This document shows, piece after piece, positions 24,516 through 37,125 of a DNA stretch of 64,000 nucleotides (position 1 is the stretch's first letter; each line of letters begins with the position of its first letter). The notes beneath the pieces were generated by a model. The model was not told the DNA's origin. It did not search any database and was given only the letters and a program-made list of their open reading frames with translations. Source of the stretch: Octopus vulgaris (Eukaryota); the NCBI GenBank assembly GCA_951406725.2, contig OX597819.1:103602001-103666000 (forward strand). Reading direction: 5' to 3'. The position numbers and the translations under genes are program-made.

Positions 24516-27091
24516 CATCATCAACATCATCATCATCATCATCATCATCATCGTTTAACGTCCGTTTTCCTTGCTAGCATGGGTTGGACGGTTCAACCGG
24601 GATCTGGGAAGCCAGAAGGCTGCACCAGGCTCCAGTCTGATCTGGCAGTGTTTCTACAGCTGGATGCCCTTCATAATGCCAACCACTCCGTGAGTGTAGT
24701 GGGTACTTTTTACGTGCCACTGGCACAGGTGGCAGAGGGGTCTGGCATCGGACACGATCGGTTGGTGCTTTTTATGTGCCACCGGCACAGAAGCCATTCG
24801 AGGCGGGGTTGGCATCGGTCACGTTCGGATGGTGCTTTTTTATGTGCCACCGGCACAGAAGCCAGTCGAGGCGGCACTGGCAATGGCCACTGGTGCCAGA
24901 GGGGTCTGGCATCGGCCACGATCGGTTGGTGCTTTTTATGTGCCACCGGCACAGAAGCCAGTCGAGGCGGTGCTGGCATCGGCCACGTTGGGATGGTGCT
25001 TTTTATGTGTCACCGGCACAGGTATCACAACTACTGTTTCCATTGATATTTGGTTTGATGTTCATGTACATGCACTTGACTCAACAGGTCTCCTCAAGCA
25101 CAGCGAGATGTTCCGGGATCCAAGGTACTTTGAATGGGCAGGGGGTATGCGGAACTGGTGCCGGAAGCATCTCGGGTCTTAGTAGTCACAGTACATCTCC
25201 AGAGATCTCGGTCCTTCGCCATTGCCTCAGTGAGGCCCAACGCTCTGAGGTCATGCTTGCCTACCTCATCCCATGTCTTCCTGGGTCTACCTCTCCCCCT
25301 GATTCCTTCAACTGTTCGGGAGTGGCACTTCTTCACACATCTCTCCTCATCCATCCGCAGTACATGACCATACCATCGCAAGCGTCGCTCTTGCACACCG
25401 CATCTGATGCTTCTTATGCCTAGCATTTCTCTCAGGGTGCTTACACTCTGTCGTGCATTCACACTGACATTACACATCCAGCGGATCATGCTAGCTTCAG
25501 TTCTTTCAAGTCTACGCATGTCCTCTGCAGTCACGGCCCATGTTTCACTGCCGTGAAGCATGGCAGTTCGCACACATGCATCATACAATCTACATTTCAC
25601 TCTGAGTGAGAGACCCTTTGTCGCCAGTAGGGGTAGGAGCTTTCTAAACTTTGCCCAGGCTATTCGTGTTCTAGTGGTGACACTCTCTGAGCATCCACCC
25701 CCACTACTAACTTGGTCACGCAGGTAGCGGAAAATATCAACTACTTCTAGTTTCTCTCCCTGGAGTGTGATGGAATCTGTTTTCTGAGTATCTGTGGTGT
25801 CTATTGTCCCTGTGCATCTGCCGCACATGAAAGCTATCTTATCTGTTAATTTCCCTTTAATGTTGCTGCACCTCTTGTGCGTCCATAGCTTACATTGGGT
25901 GCATCTTATGGAGTTTCTACCTACACCTTTCCTACAGCTCGAGCAGGGCCACCTGCCCGATGGGGTGTGTGCTGAGTTCGCCTTTCTGCATACTATAACT
26001 TTGGTCTTCGCTACATTTACTCTAAGGCCCTTTGATTCTAACCCTTGTTTCCACACCCGAAATTTCTTTTTTAGTTCCGGTAGTGATTCTGCTATGAGGG
26101 CCAGGTCACCAGCATAGAGGAGCTCCCAGGGGCAACCTGTTTTGAATTCCTCTGTTATTGCCTGGAGGACTATGATGAATAAAAGGGGACTGAGGGCTGA
26201 GCCCTGGTCTACACCTACTTCTACCCGGAATTCTTCACTATATTCGTTGCCAATCCTAACCTTGCTGACAGCCTCTCTGTATAGAGCCTGTACATCCCTT
26301 ATTAGCCATTCGTCAATCAACAGTTTCCGCATCGACCACCAGATAAGGGATCGGGGAACCCTGTCAAAGGCTTTCTCCAAGTCCACAAAAGCTATTTCGA
26401 GGGGTTTATCTTTAGCTAGGTACTTCTCCTGCAGTTGTCGGACCAGGAATATAGCATCAGTGGTGCTTCTACCCAGCACAAAACCGAACTGCATCTCATC
26501 TAAGCAAATTCTCTCCCTAATGAGATGGGTTATGACCCTCTCTGTGGCCTTCATCACCTGATCCAACAGTTTAATACCCCTGTAGTTATTTCTATCTAGA
26601 GCATCACCCACCCTTGTAGCAGTTGACTATGGTGCTGCTACGCCAGTCATTGGGTATGACTCTATTATGAACTACCTGGTTAACAATACGGGTGACTAGG
26701 CCATAGCCCGCATAACCAGCTGTTTTAAGCATCTCAGCAGTGATACCTGATGGGCCGGGGACTTTACCTGGTTTCATATCCTTAATTGCCTTAACTACGA
26801 GGGAGCTGTCTATTTGGATAGCTGGTCCCTCTACTGGGTCAACATTTGGCAGGCCCTCCTCCTCCCATTCATTCTCCACATTCAGCAGTCTTTCATAATG
26901 GCTTCTCCAAGCCTCTTTCTTTTCACCAACATTAAAAGCAAGTGCCCCATCATCCATGCGGACACATTTCTCTCCTGTAACATCACTATTTTCTCTCACA
27001 CACTGTCTATCAATACGAAATACCTCAGTTCTTTGGTCCTCACGTCGCTGGACATTGGCAAACTTCTTCTTTTCTGCTATATCTTTGGCTA
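24516..27091 (-). mobile_element. 5'-truncated RTE-clade LINE with (GAT)n tail
   Basis: RT ORFs 26604-26999 and 25094-26611 (frameshifted) contain NYRGIKLL, QFGF, FVDLEKAFDRVPR, QGSALSPLLF, LLYAGD and RRLRWYGHVLRM..GRGRPRKTW. The 3' UTR has ~60-bp tandem repeats. Candidate TSD TGTAT at 24511 and 27092. Confidence 0.95.
25094..26999 (-). pseudogene. RTE reverse transcriptase (frameshift near 26610, catalytic YADD changed to YAGD)
   Basis: RT motifs as above. A Cys/His-rich PHD-like insert reads WPCSSC..CTQCKLWTHKRC..CGRC. Confidence 0.92.
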
Positions 27092-27101
27092 TGTATATGT
27101 G

Positions 27102-27133
<32 letters not shown>

Positions 27134-27550
27134 TGTATGTATGTATGTATGTATGTATGCATGTATGTGTGTGTGTATGTATGTGTATGTATGTGTGTTT
27201 GTGTATGTATTTGTGTGTATGTGTGTGTATGTGTGTGTGTGTGTATGTATGTATGTATGGCCGATTCAGTGTTTACATTATTTCGAGTTAAAACGAAAGA
27301 TTGCCAAAAAAAATTTTGTTTATATCTTCGATCACTGTCATTATTCCATTGAGTCAACCTCATTATTTTCTACATAGCAAAGGTAATCTTTCGTTTTAAC
27401 TCGAAATAATGTAAACACTGAATCGGCCATACATACATACACACACACACATACATACACACACATACATACACACACACACATACATAGATACATACAC
27501 ACACACATACATACATATACACATACACCGAGTAAAAAATTTCATTTATC
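27092..27550. repeat. Inverted repeat including microsatellite arms
   Basis: GGCCGATTCAGTGTTTACATTATTTCGAGTTAAAACGAAAGATT (~27259) is inverted at about 27385-27428. The flanking (TATG)n and (CATA)n also mirror. Confidence 0.85.
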
Positions 27551-27734
27551 ACGGAAAGGTCTACTACAAACGAAAGATTGTCAAAGATAAAAAGTTACAG
27601 AAATAAAAGTTACACGAATAAAGTAAGGATTAAAAATCACAAAAAATATACGAAAATTTACAAAAACTAAGTTAGTTATATAATATATAAGTTTAATATA
27701 TAAGTTAGTTAATAATATATAAAAAATTTCAGTT

Positions 27735-28005
27735 GTGTTTACATTTAACATGTATGTTTAGTACGTCACCAAATTGGTGGTCATGTCTATTGAGACGGAG
27801 TAAATAATATCAAGCCGAAAGACCGAATACTATTGGTTAAAATTCTAATTATTAAACAATGTTAAACTTAGAAGTTACAATTCCGTTTTCATTCTGGTTT
27901 ACAATTAAGTTTACTTTTGACACATTCTACCAGTATACGAAGTTTCAAATTGTTTGGTTCAGTAGGAAAAATTTGAAAAAACAGGCGACGAAAATGAAAA
28001 GATCC
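27735..28005. mobile_element. Diverged right-facing end of the GGATC-TIR transposon
   Basis: Homologous to 22515-22778 and ends ...GAAAATGAAAAGATCC. Confidence 0.85.
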
Positions 28006-28779
28006 CCCGTTTATTAATACACAAGTGTCTGTTCATTGCATGGCATTTACATTACCGAGTGTAATGAATGGATATGGGTAAAAAGTTATTTTACCCTTAA
28101 TTTATACAGCAATAAGTAAATGGAGGGGATCAAGAGGCGGTATTCACCAACGTTTAGATATTATACTATGTCTATTTATTTATTTTTTAAAAAGACAATT
28201 ATAACAATATAGATACATGTATAACATATTATGCTTTACATATATAATACATAATATATAAAAATACCAGTAATTATTAAAATATATAACGTAGAGCATA
28301 GAAAGTAGGATAATATCTTATAGCTTTTCAGCCAAGAGGCCATAGTACTCCATTCTATTTTTTATTCCTCCAGTGAACTGAAGTATTTGGTAGATAAGAT
28401 TAAGGTACTTGGGTGTGTCTCTGAGCTTCGTCAGAGAGTTTAGAAAGTTCATAGAGTTACACTATAAATATAGATACGTACATTTATACATACTTCTGCA
28501 TATACATACATATACATAAATATACATAAACACATATACATATATTTAAATGTATATGCATATGTATAGGCATACAAAGGAATCAATTATTATTATTAGG
28601 TTATTATATATTATTCTTATTAGAGAAAATATAAACAGAGGTAAGAGAAAGTTATTAAAAGAGAAATAATAGTGCAATTTAAATGTATCTTAAGATACAT
28701 TATTGTAGTTATGTAGGAATGAAAAATTCTATATATGAGGAATACATACATATATATATACATATACATACACACACAT

Positions 28780-28818
<39 letters not shown>

Positions 28819-30539
28819 CTTATATATTTACGTAGAAACATACCCATTGGTACATACGTATTACATGTGTTGAAAAGGGAGTATTATTGCAGCAGTTCGC
28901 ATTATTCTTTTTATATAATTTTAATATTTATACACAAAAACATATATATTCATATAAACATGTGATATGTTTTCTACTGAGGGCTTTTGACAAAAGTCCA
29001 CAATAAGTGGGTTATAGTTTATATTAATACCTGTGATATTAGTTGGTACTACGAGTAATAAATTTCCAGGTATTAATCAATATGCTTTATCATTTTCCGT
29101 TGTTTTTTTGTTTATCGAGTAGCTGAAATCCTGCGGGAAGTGGGGAGAGTGTTTTGTTCAGTCCCGTAAGCTAATTGGTCATCTATTGTTTTGAAAGGCC
29201 ATGACTTTGTTATGGTTGGTTAATGGATAACCGATAACTTAAAACAAATTAGGTAAATATATATATACATATATATAAATTTATATAAATAAAACAAAAG
29301 CAAAATGTAGATGAATTCATATATGTATATATGAATTTTAGGTTAAAGTGATATTACTAAGGGGATATATATTTAATATACTGCATATGAAATATGTTAT
29401 AACAAATTTATTAAAAAAAAAACGGTATATAATATTCCATGTATCTGTTTAATTAGGGGAATCATTTATATATTTACTAACTCGTATGGGTAATATATGG
29501 TTTAAAATATATGTTGGAATTTATTCGGACCAACTTCAATTAAGGGACAAAATATCAAATGTGACTGTAAAATTTGTTCCACTAGGTTGTCATTTATCGT
29601 TAAAATTATGCTTAAAAGGTATTCTCCGATAAAGTGCATTAATTGCAATTCTCCATGCAACAGTGTTTAGTTACTAAATTAATGAACCAACTCAATATAT
29701 ATCTTTATATATTCTCTCCACATGAGCCAACTCAATATATATTCTCTTATATATATATACCTACATATTACTAAATTGTTGTTATTTATCGCTACAGTTA
29801 TGTTTAAAATCTATTTTATCTGACAAAATGTCTCAAATGCGAGACTCCATGTAGTAGTGTTAAGTCACTTAATTAATAAAACAATCAGTCATTCAGTTCT
29901 TTATAATATCTTCCCTCCTATTTATTCAGATAATTACTTTTAATGTTATATGTAAGAGGTGTGGTGGTGGTGGTGGTGAGTTTAGTTATAAATAGAACAA
30001 AGGTAGGTGACTCTGGTTTAATTAGGTCTATAATTATAAAACAATATACTCAAAAATTTAGGTTCATTATTCAGCCAATCAATCAACTTATCAATCAGCC
30101 AACTAATTAATTAATTAATTCATTAATTAATCAATGTATTGGTTCTGTAATGGGGTTGCATATCAATGTCTGTATCCAAATACGTACATATGCATATACA
30201 ATACTTATATATATATTTACAACCATATATATATACACAACCATATATATATATATATACAAACATATATACACCTATACACATACATATATATATACAC
30301 ATACACATGTATATACCCACACACATATAAGGTACCAGCAGAAAAAAAAACAAATACATATCTATCTAAACCTATATATATATATATATGCATACATAAA
30401 TATATATATATCTGCATAATTATCACATATTATATAATACAATACAGTATAGCAACAATAATAATTCGAATATTGATTATTTATCACAATATATTTCAAC
30501 AATGGAAAATTTTTATCCATCACGCTAAGTACCATTAAA

Positions 30540-31714
30540 ATCAACATATTTTTGCCAATGAGTTACAAGTTTGTTTAGTCCGGTAATATAAAAGTCTGGA
30601 GTTCTGGAGCTGAAGAACTCTTTGAACGCACGTTCAGCATCGGTTTGATTTATGAAATCTGTCTCTCGCAGGAATCCGTCAAAGTACTTGAAAAAGTGGT
30701 AGTCATTTGGAGAAAGGTCTTGGGTTGGGGAAAAACTTTATAGGCAAGTTCCCTCAACGTCGAGAGAGTTTAGTGAAACGTGTAGTCGAGCATTGTCATG
30801 AAGAATGAATGGCCTTATTCTGTTGACAAGCCTGGGACGGGGGAGTAGCAGTTTTTCGTTCATTTCGGCAATTTCATGGCAATATACTTCTGCAGTGTTG
30901 GTTTTTCCGGGTTTTCAGAAATTATAGTGGATGAGTCCAGTAGTACATCAATTAACAGCCACCATAACCTTCTTTTTGAAGAGCTCAGGTTTAGGGAAGG
31001 TCTTCGGTTGTTTCATTTAGGTCCAGCCACTGCGATTAACGTTTTATATTATTGCACAGAATCAAATTTTCATCCCAATTTATAATGGAGCTGAAAAATG
31101 GATCGGTCAGGTTGTGGAGAAAAAGCGACGAGCAAATTTCATATCTGCGCGCATTTTCTGATTTTCATTCAAATCCTGTGGTACCCATTTGTCAAGCTTT
31201 TTTGATTTTACGGTCGCATCCAAATGGTTGCAGGCAGTTTTCTGGCCAATTTGATGTTCTTTTGCCAGTTCTCGAGTGGTTTTATGTAGATCTTTCTCAA
31301 TGATGGTCTTTAATTGACCTGCATCAATGATAAATGGGCGTCACTACGCTCACGATCTTCAAGGCTCAGATCTCCACAGCGAAAGCGTTTAAATCATTTT
31401 CGAGCTGACCACTCACTGGTCATTTCCTCACCAAACGTTTCATTGATATCGCGAGCAGTTTCAGCTGCTTTACCTACTTTTTAGAAGATGAATAGCAAAA
31501 TTACACAAATATCGTGCTCTTACAGTTCCATTTCCGGTGATTGTAACAACGGGGAAAAGAATTTCAATGTTGATTTATTGATGCATTTGGGCAAGTCTAT
31601 GTCTGTATTATCAGACAATTGCAAAAAAATGTTTGATAAAAATTCAAAACTGCAAAAATCCGGTACAAATTCTTCATAGTTCAAAACGTTGCTTGCTTTT
31701 TACTCAACCTGATA
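30540..31714 (-). pseudogene. Degenerate mariner element and transposase
   Basis: Minus strand: GKAAETARDINETFGEE..FKRFRCGDLSLED, ILHDNARLH and DLSPNDYHFFKYFD. TIR-like TATCAGGTTGAGTAAAAAG near 31714. Confidence 0.88.
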
Positions 31715-32449
31715 GGTTCATTTCAAAAATAGCTTTTTGTCAAATGACATAATCCCATACGTTTGCCTTCTTTTTTTTTTTCAGTGGTATTAGGCTATGA
31801 ATTGATTTGAGGTTCCTTTGACTGCTATTTCTAGCAGAAAACGTGACGACGTTGGGGCTAAGCTATTGAAACTTTGTCGTTCCTTCTATTGTTCAGAGTA
31901 ATCTAATATTATTATTTGTTTCTAATGCAAAGTTGTAGCTTTTTTGTTTTGTTTTGTTTTTGATTTTCTATTTTTTGAAAAAGCAATTGATTTGCACTTT
32001 CAATTTAGAACCCTCAGACCATATTCAAGAACAAAATAATAAAATATTCATGTCTTTTGTTTCCGAATCCTCCTGTCTATAAAAAAATTCCCAAGAATAT
32101 TTCATGCATGCTACAGGAATGTTATGTTATTATGTCATCATATTATTTCAACTATAAAATCACAAACCTTGACGATAGGGGGGAGCAAAAGTCGATGGCT
32201 GTACGTGCATCCTTCAACTATTTTTTCATCCAAAGGGGTTTCTTTGCAACCCATTATTTACATGCTTTTATCTATAATTCTGTGTGATTCAAGATATTCC
32301 TAAAACAGAATTAGTTCACTTGTCTCAAAAAATTATAAAATTCTTGTGATATCAACGATGTGTGTGTGTGTGTGTCTATGTGTATGTGTGGGGGAGTGTG
32401 TGTGCAAAATTATGGTCCAAAACGATGCAAAAATAAAAACGAAAAGCAG

Positions 32450-32570
32450 ACGACAGACAGGTGAGGGAAGAATAAACAAATATGAAAAATGGAAGAAGTC
32501 TTTGATATTTCGAGCCTACGCTCTTCTACACAAATGGATGGGGAGAGGAAACAGATAGGGAGAGAACGGA
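32450..32570 (-). mobile_element. Second copy of the PLE-like terminal repeat with variant hammerhead motif (32500-32534)
   Basis: Minus strand TGTAGAAGAGCGTAGGCTCGAAA is identical to 1042-1064. Confidence 0.55.
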
Positions 32571-32726
32571 ATTAGAGAGAAAAAACGTGTCTCCATTAAC
32601 GGTTGCAAAGACAAACACAGACATATAGAATCTTAGTTTGTGCATGCTTTCATATATATATGCATACATATGTACATATACATACATCTATATATATAAG
32701 TATATATATCTATATATGTATGTATG

Positions 32727-32769
<43 letters not shown>

Positions 32770-32772
32770 GTG

Positions 32773-32879
<107 letters not shown>

Positions 32880-33262
32880 GTATGTATGTTTTTATGTATG
32901 TATGCATGTATGTATACTCTGGTACATACGCACATGTACTTAAATGTCTTAGCACACATATAACCCAAGTCATATGATCATATTTAATATTTGACGTATT
33001 TTAAAACATTAACGTGAAGACGTGAAGATACATGTTTTACTAAACAGTCTGCATCTATGCCAAGAGTGTCTCCCGTAGGTTCAGCAGATAAGTTATGATT
33101 TAACAGTATAATGATTTAATAGCAAATAAGTAATAATTTAACAGTAGATTCTACCCAACCTTGATACTGTAATTCTGTACTTTTATACCCAATGTCGGTG
33201 ATTACAATCATAGTTTCCATAGATTTGAATAACGTGTGCTTTCGTATGTAATCGTGTATATG

Positions 33263-33311
<49 letters not shown>

Positions 33312-33317
33312 GTCTAT

Positions 33318-33379
<62 letters not shown>

Positions 33380-33592
33380 GTCTATACACATATACATATA
33401 GATACACATACACATAGGCATAAACAGAATCAGTACACTATAAACTTTAAATTGCGCGAAAAAATGTTCCAATCGCTTAATCAACAGCCTTGTTTTATTA
33501 TAAAATTATTTGTGTTTGTATGTATATATGTGTCTGTATTTATGTGTGTGTATATCTATGTGAGTGTGCGCGCATGCGTGTGTCTATGTGTG

Positions 33593-33932
33593 AAGGCGCA
33601 TGGATCAGTGGTTAGAGCGTCGGTCTCACAATCATGAGGTAATGAATTCGATTCCTGGATCCGGCTTTGTGTTGTGTTCTTCAGTTCTTGAGCAAGGCAC
33701 TTTATTACATGTTGAGTTCACTCAGGTGAACTGGAGCAACAGTTGCGATGTCACTGGTGCCATGCTGTATCGGCTTCTGCCTTAACCTTGGATAACATCG
33801 GTGATATAGAGAAGGGAAGTTGATATGCATCGGCGACAGCTGGTTTTCCATAAACAACCTTGCTCGGATTTGTGCCAATGAGAGTAACATTCTAGGTGCA
33901 ATCCTATGGTCTTTCATGACCGAAGAAGGTCC
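33593..33932 (+). mobile_element. tRNA-derived SINE family D
   Basis: A box TGGATCAGTGGTTAGAGC, B box AATTCGATTCC, core TTCTTGAGCAAGGCACTT. Confidence 0.75.
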
Positions 33933-33953
33933 TCATATGTGTGTGTGTGTGTG

Positions 33954-33995
<42 letters not shown>

Positions 33996-34797
33996 ATCAT
34001 ATCAAAGGGAAATGGAAATTAATTAAAATTTTCATTTCAAGTGGCATAACGTGTAAAAATTTAGTCCAAACACTATGCATTAGTCATAACATACAGTGTA
34101 CTTTTAAACACATGAGGAATCCACTCATGGGATTAAACACGCTAGAAAGAACAGCTAGGTTCTATAACCACAAAAATTAGGGATAAAATGCGACAGGAAC
34201 AAAATGAAAAAATAAAAACATTTTACCATCTAGATTCCTGGACCAATTGGTTTCTGATTTTAGTTTAGCAAGTAAAATAACATATACTCGCTAGGTGAAA
34301 TCGTCCTCAGCAAGAACACCTTGGGTTAAATAAATAAACACGAGGCGATCATACTATGTGCCTCTTGTTTATACATCGTAATTTTTTTCAAAATCTACTA
34401 CGCAGCCGTAGCCATTCGCCGGCAATAAAAAAAATTTTGCGGTTATGGAACCTAGACGTTCATTTTGGTAGGAGTCTGTTGTGTGTCTACCTCTACATGT
34501 GCGTAGGAGAATGGTCAGTAGAAAGGTGTTTAACTAGTAGTTTGAAGTATGTGTGTGCGTGTGTTGGTATGTGTGTACGTGTGAGGTTGTGTGTAGGCTG
34601 TGTCTGGAGTAAATGTAAATGTGTGTGCGTGTGCGTCCATGTATGTATGAGTGTGTTGTGTATGTATGAGAATGTGTTGTCTGTGTATGGGAGGTATGTG
34701 TGGGTTCATTTGCGTGTGCGTGTGTATGTATGTGTGTGCGTGTGAGTGTATGTGCGTGTGTACATGTGTGTGTATGTATGTACGTGTGTATTTTGTG

Positions 34798-34865
<68 letters not shown>

Positions 34866-35496
34866 TGTATGTATGTATATATAGCTCTTCTTAAATGTGG
34901 ATGATGTGTTGGACCACAAAATATTGTGATTGTTACTATGACAGAAACTTGCATTTCGGCTTTCGAGACAGAAACACTCAAGTTTACATGGCTTGCAGTG
35001 TGATAAATCACCCATCTATGCACTTGTGCATAGATGGGTGATTGGCCTTGTACATAGCAGACGCCCGGAAGCTGGAGGTAGCAGCGATAGGCATAGAATA
35101 AGGAGAGAGGGTATATCGATTACATCGACGCCAGTAATCAGCTGGTACTTATTCTATCGACTCAGAAAGCATGAAAGGCAATATTGTCCTCGGAAGAATT
35201 TGATCTTAGAACGTATAGACAGACGAAATGCAGCTAATAATAATAATGTGATGGACTCAGCTTTTGCCAAACGATCTGCATAAATGATTTGCTTACAATG
35301 ATCAAATATTTATTAGCTCGCTCTAGCCGTCAAATCGACGTTGCAGGTGCACGATGTACCAGGCCTCAGGTGTCGAAGTGTTCGCCGAATAACGTGAGAT
35401 GAAATGTTTTGCTCAAGAACACAATACACCTCCCGGTCTAGGAGTGCAACACTCTAACCACTAGACTATGCGTCAATAATAATAATGATAATGATG

Positions 35497-36046
35497 ATGC
35501 AGTACCAAGCAGTGGCCCTCATGGCTCCTGATCTTAACTGGTTCGAAGTGTTATCATGTACATTGTTTTGTCTTGGTATAAGAGATGGGCTACAGCAAAT
35601 ATTCTGCTCACTACCACAGATTTGCTTGTCAGCTGTTTGACCTTAACCAGTTGAGCAAGTCCCTTAGTGATTGATGATTTGTGCATCTTTGATCACGAGC
35701 AGAAGTAGTGGGGGATCATCATAGCCATGTGTTCAGAGGGATTCTTTGGGGTTTGAATAATTCACCTCTGGAAACATGGGTGTTTCATTCAACATCCTTA
35801 AACAACCCTTATTCAGGGACCTTTTGAGCGGGATGGGTTACTCGACCAGAAGAAAATTCTAGCTGTGCCCCACCTGAAAGGACATGCGCTGTTTATCTTG
35901 TTATGTGAGCACCATGTCACGCACATATGGTTGTAATGCATGTGCCTAGTGTACCCTTATCAGATGGGTATAGTCATGATGGGTATACGGGGCTTCGTAT
36001 ATTTTACCCCAGTGTCACTTTGATGGCATGCACTGCTCTCTCACTC
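35497..36046 (+). mobile_element. Longer copy of the (AAT)n-embedded retroelement 3' fragment
   Basis: Homologous to 4587-5000 with the same 3' end and AAT-like flanks. Confidence 0.7.
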
Positions 36047-36262
36047 AATAACAATGATAATAACAACAACAACAACAACACTTTGTGCTATAGGGGAAAA
36101 GACTGAAATGTTGCGAACAGGGGTTAGTCGATTTCAATGACTACAGAGCTTAAATGATACTTACATGATGATCCTCAAAACGATGAAATGATGTAAGGCA
36201 AAGTTGACCTCGGTAAGATTTGAACTCAACACCTCTGACAGAAATAATGATATATATCTTAT

Positions 36263-36304
<42 letters not shown>

Positions 36305-36306
<2 letters not shown>

Positions 36307-36534
36307 TCTTTTTTACCCACAAGGGGCTATACACAGAGGGACAAACAAGGACAGACAAACGAATTAAGTCGATTACATCGACTTCAGTGCATAACTGGTA
36401 CTTAATTTATCGACCTCGATAGGATGAAAGGCAAAGTCGACCTCGGCGGAATTTGAACTCAGAACGTCGCGGCAGACGAAATACGGGTATGCATTTCGCC
36501 CAGCGTGCTAACGGTTTTGCCAGCTCGCCGCCTT
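36305..36534 (-). mobile_element. SINE family B
   Basis: Reverse complement of the 19132 unit. Confidence 0.88.
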
Positions 36535-36540
36535 TTATAC

Positions 36541-36588
<48 letters not shown>

Positions 36589-37039
36589 GTGTGTGTGTGT
36601 TGCATACATATATATTTCTATATACATGCATATATTTCTATACATGCACACATTTATGTATGCATATATATATATATATATACATATATATACGCATATA
36701 TATATATGCACATACATATATATTTACGCACACACTTACACAAGTATGTGTATGTGAGTGTGCGTGTGTGTCTGTGTGTGCGTGTGTGTGTGTGTCTGTG
36801 TGTGTGTTTGTGTGTGTAAATATATACATGTATGTCTTATTTTGTGCACTCGTGAATAAATAAAACACAATCGAAGAAAAACATGGATATGGGATGTTGA
36901 ATCTCTGAGTGAAGCAGTGTTTTTGCTGATGGCACTGGAGGAGAGGCGCGGTTTTTCGTCTCCCTTAAAAGTTTCATCTCTAGACTTCCGGTTTAACTCA
37001 GACGCCTTCTTCAGGTCAGAATACCAAGATGGCACTTAC

Positions 37040-37125
37040 CGTAAATATATTTCTGCTAGGATGCTTTCGAATAGGCGGGAAATATCAATAGGCGGAACAG
37101 ACATTCCATCAAGCCAGCTAACCAT
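37040..37125 (-). CDS. Candidate first coding exon of an unidentified gene (MVSWLDGMSVPPIDISRLFESILAEIYL/R)
   Basis: AAAATGG start context, upstream in-frame stop, non-repetitive protein-like sequence, and a consensus donor CG|GTAAGT at 37040/37039. No homology confirmed. Confidence 0.35.

Larger units (their letters stand above)
10941..28005. mobile_element. 17-kb composite (macro) transposon bounded by TIR tips and an 8-bp TSD, CCCGTTTA
   Basis: CCCGTTTA at 10933-10940 immediately precedes GGATCTTTTC, and at 28006-28013 immediately follows GAAAAGATCC. Confidence 0.7.

Noticed and set aside
24510-25423. Plus-strand ORFs of 178 and 215 aa with internal repeats
   Set aside because: Antisense readings of the RTE 3' UTR tandem repeats and RT end.
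28410-28440. Minus-strand CTGACGAAGCTCAGAGACAC as a hammerhead
   Set aside because: GAAA is replaced by GACA and stems I and III are not convincing.
29330-29660. Possible further Penelope endonuclease remnant
   Set aside because: Too degenerate to recover diagnostic motifs by eye.
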